Below, one piece after another: positions 53,811-64,000 of a stretch of 64,000 bases of DNA. This DNA comes from an uncultured Planctomycetaceae bacterium (GTDB lineage: Bacteria > Planctomycetota > Planctomycetia > Isosphaerales > Isosphaeraceae). The notes under the pieces were generated by a model that saw only the letters and a list, made by a program, of their open reading frames with translations, had not been told where the DNA came from and ran no database searches. The position numbers and the translations under genes are program-made. How positions within the stretch are numbered: the first letter of the stretch is position 1; each line of letters starts with the position of its first letter. The stretch is from positions 2,752,001 through 2,816,000 of the forward strand of contig CAWIAD010000001.1 in the NCBI GenBank assembly GCA_963833985.1. Reading direction: 5' to 3'.

Positions 53811-56689
53811 TCACCATTTCAGCGGTTGCTGCCAGACCTGCTTCAGGTCGTCAACGCGCGCATCGATGGCGACGGACCTCTCCAGGCCGGCAACCAGCAG
53901 CCGGGGAGCCGCGCCCGCAGTGGTCGCGGCGACCTCGCCCAGCCGGCCCCATGGCAGCGACCCGAGCAGGTCGGAGAGGGCGGCGTGGTGCTCGGGAGCG
54001 ACCTCGAGCAGGAACCGGGAAGGCGATTCGGAGAACAGCAGGACGGGGTCGCTCGCGGCGTCTGGCTCGCAGGGCACGTCCCGCAGCGAGACCGCCGCGC
54101 CCCAGCCCCCGGCGATGGCCATCTCCGCCAGGGCGACCGCCAGACCGCCCTCGCTCAGGTCATGGCAGCTACGGACCAGGCCGCGGTTGATCGCCAGGTG
54201 AACGGCCCGGAAGACCGCCTGGCCAAGATCGGGATCGACGCCCGGCACGTCGCCCCCCTGACGGTCGTGAACGGCCGCCCAGAGGGACCCGCCCAGCTCG
54301 TTGCGGGTGATGCCGACGAGGACCACGAGGTTGCCGGGTTCCTTGAAGTCCATGGTGACGCAGGCGCGGACGTCGGGCACGTGGCCGATTGCACTGATGA
54401 GCAGGGTGGGGGGGATCGCCAGGCTCTTGCCATCGTGGGTGTATTCGTTGTTCAGGCTATCCTTGCCCGAGATGAACGGGGTCTTGTAGGCAAGGGCCAA
54501 GTCATGGCAGGCCTGGGCGGCCAGCACCAGTGAGCCCAGGGTCTCTGGCCGCTCGGTGTTGCCCCAGCAGAAGTTGTCCAGCAGCGCAATGCGCCGGGGA
54601 TGCGCCCGACGGCCACGCAGTTGCGGATCGCCTCGTCGATGACGCAGGCCGCCATGGCGAACGGGTCGATCAGGCCATAGCGTGCATTGATGCCGCAGGC
54701 AACCGCCAGGCCCCGGTACGAGCCGCGCACCGGCAGAATCACGGCCGCATCGCCGGGTCCGTCGTCCGCCACGCCGACCAGGGGCTTGATGACCGTCCGG
54801 CCCTGCACCTCGTGATCGTACTGGCGAACGATCCACTCCTTGCTACAGACGTCCCAGTGCCCCAGCAGGGCCCGGAGATCGGCCGTGAAATCGCCGGCCC
54901 CGGGAAGTTCCAGATCTGTTCGCGGCAGTGGCGTGAACCGCGCCTGCCGGACGACAGGCGGCTGGCCCTCATGCAGGAAGTCCATGGCCAGGTCGGCCAC
55001 CACCTGGCCGTGGTAGCGTAAGACGAGCTTGCCGCCGGGGACGAACTCGCCCAGATCGGTGGCCTCGACCCCCTCGGCCGCGCACAGTGCCGCGAGCTCG
55101 GGCCAGGAGTCCGGCGGCACGGCCAGTACCATGCGTTCCTGAGCCTCGGAGATCCAGATCTCGGTGTACGAGAGCCCCTGGTACTTGAGCGGGGCGCGGT
55201 CCAGGTCCACCACCGCGCCCAGCTCGGCCCCCATCTCGCCGACGGCCGAGCTGAACCCGCCGGCACCGCAGTCGGTGATCGCGTGCAGCAGCCCCCGGTC
55301 GCGCGCCTGGAGCACCACATCGGCCACCATCTTCTCGGTGATGGCATTGCCAATCTGCACCGCGCCGCCGGAGACCGTCTCGCTCTGGCTGGTGAGCTCG
55401 GCGGAGCTGAACGTGGCGCCGTGGATCCCGTCCCGGCCGGTCCGGCCGCCCACGGCGATGATCCGGTCGCCCGGCTCCACTTTCTTGAACGCCTTGCCGC
55501 GCGGCAGCACGCCGACCGTGCCGCAGAAGACCAGCGGATTGGCCAGGTAGCCCGGGTGCACCGCCAGCGCCCCGTTGACCGTGGGAATGCCCATCCGGTT
55601 GCCGTAATCACGCACGCCGGCCACAACGCCCCTGAGGACTCGCCGGGGATGGAGCACGCCGGCGGGCAGCGAGTCGACAGGCCAATCAGGCGGGGCCACG
55701 CAGAACACGTCGGTATTGCAGACCGGCCTGGAGCCCAGGCCCGTCCCCAGCGCGTCGCGGATCACGCCGCCGATTCCGGTGTTCGAGCCGCCGTACGGGT
55801 CGATCGCCGAGGGGTGATTGTGCGTCTCAACCTTGAAGCAGACATCGTGATCCTCGTCGAACCGGATCACTCCGGCGTTGTCGCTGAAGACGCTGACCAA
55901 CCAGTCCAGGTTCAGCTCCCGGGTCGCGGCGAAGATTGTCTGCTTGAGCAGGTTGTCGATCGTCCGCCCCTCGAACTCGATCTTGCCCTTCAAGGTCTTG
56001 TGTGAGCAATGCTCGCTCCAGGTCTGTGCCAGGGTCTCCAGCTCGCAATCCGTCGGTTCGCGGCCGATCGCGCGGAAGTGCCGCTGGATGGCCTGCATCT
56101 CGGCCAGACTGAGCGAAAGCTGGCCCGAGCGGCTCAACTTCGCCAGCGCAGCATCGTCCATGTTCCTCAGTGGCACGGTGAACAGCTCAAAATCGTAATG
56201 CCGGCCCTGCCCCAGGTGGTCGAATGGCAGGGGGACGGTGATCGCCTGCTCGACGGCGTCGTTGGCCAGCACGCGCTGGATCAGCCGCGGCAGGTGCTCC
56301 ACGGGGCCATCCACGCGATAGGTGCGGATCGTTCTCACGTCGGTCACGGCGAAGCCCAGCTCACGCAGCAGCGCGCAGGCACTCTCGGCCTCGGGGTCGG
56401 TCACTCCCGGCCTGGGAAGCACGTGGACGACCGACCTGCCGGGGTTCATGGTCTGCGCCGGCGCGGGGACGGTGTGGGCCTCGAACTGCTCCACGACCGG
56501 GTCGACCAGCACCTGCCGGGCCGCCCGCACGACGTCCTCGCGTTCCAGGGCCCCCTCGATCAGAAAGCCGCGGCCGGCCCGGATCGACCAGGGACCCGGA
56601 ACGGCGGACTCGACCGCCTCTTGCACCAGGCTCTTGCCGGCCAGGTCGGGACAATCCTCGGCAGGCTGAATCTCAATGTGCCAGAGCAT
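53811..56689 (-). CDS. purL: FGAM synthase subunit PurL with N-terminal PurS-like domains (frameshift near 54606)
   Basis: [35 protein letters not shown]; then [26 protein letters not shown] in the next frame. Confidence 0.95.
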
Positions 56690-56771
56690 GCTTCATCATC
56701 ACACAAAGAAGAGCAATGGGTGGTGTTCCAAGTTTGACCATGGAAGATCTGCTTCGACGGTGCCTGCCCAA

Positions 56772-57643
56772 TCACGAGTCCTGGATCGCTGAAGTCTGGC
56801 TGGAGCCGTACTGGCCGCGGCGCAGGCGCGCCTGCTCCCACCATGAGGCGATGGCCTCCTCGTCGTCCGTCATGAGAGCGTACTTGAACGCGGCCAGCCG
56901 CTCCTCGAGAGAATCGAGGGCCTTCAGCAGTGGGCCGCGATTATCGCGAAATACCGCCGTCCAGAGACCGGTGTCCGCGGCCGCGACACGCGTGCCGTCG
57001 CGGTAGGCGCCGGCCGCCAGCGTGAGCCATTCGGCAGGCACCGAGGCCGCCAGTGCCCCGGCAAGGGCATGCGGCAGATGGCTCGTGTAAGCCAGCACTT
57101 CATCGTGCTCGGCAGGCGTCATCTCGACCAGCCGGCAGCCAAGCCTGCCCCAGAAATCGCGGGCTTGCTGGAGCGCGGATGCCGGCGTCCGCGGGGTGGG
57201 CGTGAGCACGCAGGCGCGGTCCCGGAAGAGCGCCCCGGTGGCATGGGCCACGCCCGCCCGCTCGGAGCCCGCGATCGGATGCGCACCGACGAAGACCTCG
57301 GCGAGCGACGAGCTTGCTTCGACGGACTCGACGATCAGCCGCTTGGTGCTCCCCGCGTCGGTCACGAGGGCGCCGCGGGCGCGGCCCCGGCCGCGCGCCG
57401 GACGTCGCTCGGGATCCGGCTCACAGGAGTGCACACGACCACGACATCGGCATCGGCCACTCCGTCTTCGAGATCGACCGTGCCACGATCGATGGCACCT
57501 TGATTCAGGGCCTCCTGAAGTTTCGCGGGATCACGCCCGACTCCAACCACGCGCGCGGCCAGATGTGCCGATCGCAGCGCCAGCCCGATGGAGCCGCCGA
57601 TCATCCCCACCCCCACGATCGCCACCGTTTCCAGCGCCCTCAA
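56772..57643 (-). CDS. tyrA: Prephenate/arogenate dehydrogenase (frameshift near 57376)
   Basis: GVGMIGGS Rossmann motif in ORF 57362..57643; TDAGSTK, HPIAGSE, HD...SHLPH, DGTRVA in ORF 56772..57434. Confidence 0.9.
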
Positions 57644-57842
57644 GACGACCCCTCACGACCCTGGCCCTGGCCCTCTGGAAGGACCGAACATTCATCGAAC
57701 GTTTATTTTACAGACGGATCATCGCTGCGACGAGACGGTTGCTGTTGATTCTGCCTGGTGTTCAGGGCCATCCAGAAGCCGGGACGGCCAGCGGGTGGCG
57801 CCCGCAGGCCAAATAGATCCTCGCCTCTTGGAATGTGGGCCA

Positions 57843-57878
57843 GCCGCCCTCGGCTGGCTGAGGACGGCCGAGGGCGGC
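57843..57878. terminator. Hairpin downstream of the kinase gene
   Basis: GCCGCCCTCGGC ... GCCGAGGGCGGC. Confidence 0.5.
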
Positions 57879-57910
57879 CGTTCCACACTTTCCCTCTTAC
57901 GGGGAGCTAT

Positions 57911-59281
57911 TTAGAGACTCTCGGCGGGTTTCTCCAGCGTCGCGGTACTGCCTCCGCTGAGAAAATCGCGCAGCGCTTGCCACATCTTCCCGGCGGACTT
58001 CCAGCGGTGGTGCGGCTTTTTCCGCATTGCCTTCAGCAGGATGCGCTCCAGTGCCTCGGGGGCATCGGGCCGGTAGGCGCGGAGGGGAACGGGCGGGTGG
58101 TCGAGGATCATCTCGTACGAATCGGGGCGGGAAGGATCGAAACCGAGGTACGGGAATTTCTGGGTCAGAAGGTAGAACAGCGTCGCCCCCGCGCAGTAGA
58201 TATCGGCCGGTTCCCGGAGCTCGCCGAACTGGCGGATGTGCTCGGGCGAGAGGAAGCCGGCCGAGCCGCCGACGTCTCCCTGGCGGGTGAGGTTCGAGAA
58301 GACCGTACTGCCGGCCATGCTCTTGGCCAGTCCAAAATCCGAGAGCTTCACCTTCGGTCGGTGCACCGGCCCGATCACCAGCAGATTGGATGGTTTGATG
58401 TCCCGGTGGACATATCCCTTCGAGTGCGCAAAATGCAGGGCCGAAAGCAGGTCCTGGCCGATCAGAGCCGCCGTGGCGATCGGCAGCGGCTGCTTGAGCG
58501 CGCGAAGCCAGCCCAGGGCGTTCATGCCGTCGACATATTCCATGACGAGCTGGAAGTGGCCGTCGATCTGGAAGATCTCGTAAAACTCCACGATGCTCGG
58601 GTGGCACTTGCCGCCCGGCATGAGCATGTCCCGCAGGGCGCAGATTTCCCGCTGGAAGTAGTTCTTGGCTTTCACGCCGGCCGTGCTGTTGGCGGTCATC
58701 ATCTTGATGGCCACCCTGCGGTTGCGCGAGATCTGCCGCGCCCGGTAGACCGTGCCCATGCCTCCCTCGCCGATGACCTCCTCGATCAGGTAGTCGGCAT
58801 TCGTTTCCGGGAAGAGCCGTCTCCTGGCCTCGCACGCGGAGCAGAGTGGCATGGACTGCGCTGGGCGCGATAGGGCGATCACGGTTCCAGGCTCAGCGTG
58901 TTCACCGGCCAAGGGCTGCGCGCCCTGGTCGAGCCGGGCTCCACAGCCGGCACACTGGTCGTGTACCGGTGCATCGCCTTCCAGGCCCGCGAAGTGAACG
59001 GCAAACTCGCTGTCGCCGGCAGCGATGAGGTCGGCTTCCCGGAGCAGAACCCGCTGGACCCTCAGCCCGTTGACCTTGGTTCCGTTCGTGCTTCCCAGGT
59101 CAACCAGGCGACAGAGCGGGGGACTGTGCTCGATCTGGAAGTGCTCCCGCGACAGGGCGAGGTCGGCCGCCATCGAAAACGCCGCCCTGGAAGCTCGCCC
59201 GACGACAAAGCTGCCGCTCCGATCGATCCGATATTCGTGGCCCTCGTACGGACCCGAGATGACACGAAGGACGATATCCAT
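57911..59281 (-). CDS. FHA domain + CxxC/CxxC linker + Ser/Thr protein kinase
   Basis: GR..SREH..DLGSTNGT; CAGC and CSAC; GEGGMG, VAIK, HRDIKPSN, DFG, SPE. Confidence 0.95.
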   Translation of the reverse strand: MDIVLRVISGPYEGHEYRIDRSGSFVVGRASRAAFSMAADLALSREHFQIEHSPPLCRLVDLGSTNGTKVNGLRVQRVLLREADLIAAGDSEFAVHFAGLEGDAPVHDQCAGCGARLDQGAQPLAGEHAEPGTVIALSRPAQSMPLCSACEARRRLFPETNADYLIEEVIGEGGMGTVYRARQISRNRRVAIKMMTANSTAGVKAKNYFQREICALRDMLMPGGKCHPSIVEFYEIFQIDGHFQLVMEYVDGMNALGWLRALKQPLPIATAALIGQDLLSALHFAHSKGYVHRDIKPSNLLVIGPVHRPKVKLSDFGLAKSMAGSTVFSNLTRQGDVGGSAGFLSPEHIRQFGELREPADIYCAGATLFYLLTQKFPYLGFDPSRPDSYEMILDHPPVPLRAYRPDAPEALERILLKAMRKKPHHRWKSAGKMWQALRDFLSGGSTATLEKPAESL

Positions 59282-59471
59282 CCTCCCCTTCCCCCCGGCG
59301 GAACTCGAAAGCTCAGTCTATCTTAAGGAGTCCTTCCATGAATGAAACCCTTTCCTTCATGAATCGTACCTGTGCCAGTCCGGCGGCTGCGCCGGCAGAC
59401 GCGGAAACGGCGGATCGCGCGCACCTGGCGAGACGACCCGATGCGCGGTGCCGCGGCGGAAAAAGCCGCGT

Positions 59472-61155
59472 TCAGGCGACCGGTTGCCGCTCGGCCAGCT
59501 CGCGAATTCGCCGTAAATCGACCTTGCCCGTCCCCGTGATGGGGATTTCGGGCACGGAAATGAAGTCGCGCGTCGAGGGGATCCAGAGCCGGGGAATACC
59601 GCTGGCGACGAGTGCCCGGTGGACGTCCTCCACCGGCAGTCCCAGCTCCGTGTACAGCACGCACAGCCTCTCGCCGTGCTTGGGATCGGCCACGGCCGTG
59701 ACGGCGAGCTGATGCTCCTGGGCCCGCGAAACCTGCATGATGGCTGCCTCCACCCCCAGGTGGGGAACCATCTCGCCGGCGATCTTGGAAAAGCGGCTCA
59801 GCCGGTCGGTGATCTTCAGGAAACCATCGGCGTCGACGAAGCCGAGGTCGCCGGTCGTGTACCAGCCGTCCTTGAGGACCTTGGCGGTCGCCTCGGGCCT
59901 GTCCAGATAGCCGACCATCACCTGGGGCCCCTTGACGGCCACGACTCCCTCGGACCCCAGCGGCAGATCCGCGCCGGTCTCGGGATCCAGCGTCTTGATC
60001 AGCGTGCCGGGTAGGGGAAGACCCACCGTGCCCGGCCGGTTGCCGTGAACCGTCCGCCCGTCCATCAGCGTGATGGACCGCGGCACGTTCACAGCGACGA
60101 CCGGTGAGAGCTCGGTCGTGCCGTAACCCTCCATGGGCTCGATGCCCAGCCACCGGTTGATGTCGCGATAGAGTTCGGGCTTGAGCTTCTCCGCACCCAG
60201 TACCAGGTACCTCAGCGCCGCGAACTGCTCCGCCGGACAGCTCTTGAGGTAGAACCTCGTGAACGAGGGCGTGCCCGCGATCAGCGTGACCTGGTGCTCC
60301 TGGCAGAGCTTGCCGATGGTCCGTGCGTCGAGCGGGTTGAAATGGTAGACCACCTTCTTGCCCAGCGCCAGCGCCGTCCAGATCGTCACGCAGAAACCGA
60401 AGGAATGGAAGAAGGGGAGGATCCCCAGCAGCACGTCGTCGGGTACCAGATGGAGCTGCTCCTGGATCTGGAGCACGTTGCAGAGGATATTGCGGTGCGA
60501 CAGCACCACGCCCTTGGGCTGGCCCGTCGAGCCCGAGGTGAAGATCACCGTGGCGATCGAGTCCAGGTTCAACCTTGCCAGCCCGGGCAAGAGCCGCTCG
60601 AGCAGGCCCAGGCGCAGCAGGCGCGCCTGGATGAGCCCCGCAAGCTTATCGGAGCGGCGGATCTGGCGAGCGACGTCTTCCAGCAGGATCAGGTGCGCGT
60701 CCGGCGTCACCGAGAACCGCTCCAGGACCCTGGGTGACGTGATGACATGGCGAATGCCGCACTGCCGGATGGATGAGTCGATACACTCCTGTCCGGCGGT
60801 ATAGTTGAGATTGACCGGAATCTTGTCGTGCAGCACAAGAGCCAGGTTCGCCACCGCGGCGGGCACCGTTGGCGGCAGCAGGACGCCGACGTAGCGGTCC
60901 GGGCCGATTGTCCGCATCAGGTGCCGCCCCAGCACGATGGCCCGGAGCAGCGTCTCGCCGTAGGTCAGACGCGTTCCCGTACTGTCGCACAGGGCCACGC
61001 TCCGCGGCTCCTTGCGAACCTGGTCAAGCAGCGCGCTGCGCCAGTGATCGCCACGGGCCCGGTAGTGGAGGAAGCGGCCGGAAACCCGGCTGTGCAGGCA
61101 CGCTCGATGCAGGTTCCGACGGCCGGCCGGTGCCGGTATGCACGCTCAGGCTCAT
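59472..61155 (-). CDS. AMP-binding acyl-ACP/acyl-CoA synthetase (Aas C-terminal-like; frameshift near 61037)
   Basis: FTSGSTGQPKG, EGYGTTE, TGD, RFSKIAGEMV, TGKVD; N-terminus MSLSVH...PWRSLA in an adjacent frame. Confidence 0.9.
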
Positions 61156-61550
61156 CTCGAGACAACTCCCGTCGCGAAACGCAAACCTAACGGTCCGTAG
61201 GAATTCGGGCTGTCGCTGGGTGTGTGTCCAATCTAAGCGAAGCGGCTCGCAAGAGCAATCTCGGTATCGAATGCGGTGGGCCCGGCTTTCCTGATACGGG
61301 CGAATCGGCCGCTCCCGGGCAGACTCCCCGCGAAGAGCTGGCGGACGGCAACCTTCGGATTTTGCTTCCGCATGCGGAAGCCGATCGTGTACAACAGATT
61401 CAATCACCCCGAAAAGCCGGGCCCGAACCTGACGGCCTGTCGAGACGGCAGCCAGGCCCCGGTTTGCAGCAAGTGGCCGCATGCCGGTGTTTCCATGCCT
61501 TGAACGACTCATCTGAAACCATCCCCGAGATCGGCCCGCGCGAGGGACTC

Positions 61551-64000
<2,450 letters not shown>

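Noticed and set aside
52033..54201. 722-aa plus-strand ORF
   Set aside because: Antisense to purQ, the NYN gene and purL; no recognisable motifs.

Overview
GC-rich bacterial chromosome segment, almost certainly a planctomycete of the Isosphaeraceae type (DUF1559 prepilin-like proteins, a PSCyt/DUF1549/DUF1553 protein, a YTV-type Cys-rich protein, an ECF sigma-TPR fusion, an FHA kinase). Core genes are lnt, moeA, trpG/pabA, an ABC system, mqnD, acnA, argB-argD-argF-rph-[hypothetical]-rdgB, uvsE, argJ, purL/purQ, tyrA and an acyl-CoA/ACP synthetase. There are three accessory patches. (1) 6.85-8.9 kb is mobile-element debris: a Tn3 end with a TnpA C-terminus, REP-like palindromes and a RAYT-like fragment. 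(2) 35.5-41.1 kb is a ~5.3 kb cassette bracketed by a 205-bp direct repeat of the 3' end and downstream flank of the YTV gene. It carries two DUF1573-like genes (one split by an IS630), a 10-Cys secreted peptide, an exported protein and a DUF1559 protein, and is the best candidate for an undescribed system. (3) 44.6-50.5 kb holds the ECF-TPR fusion, a truncated vapC, a HEAT protein with an inserted domain and a collapsed kinase remnant. About ten 1-2 bp frameshifts, several in housekeeping genes, suggest long-read consensus errors rather than true pseudogenes. All calls come from reading motifs by eye; no database searches were run.
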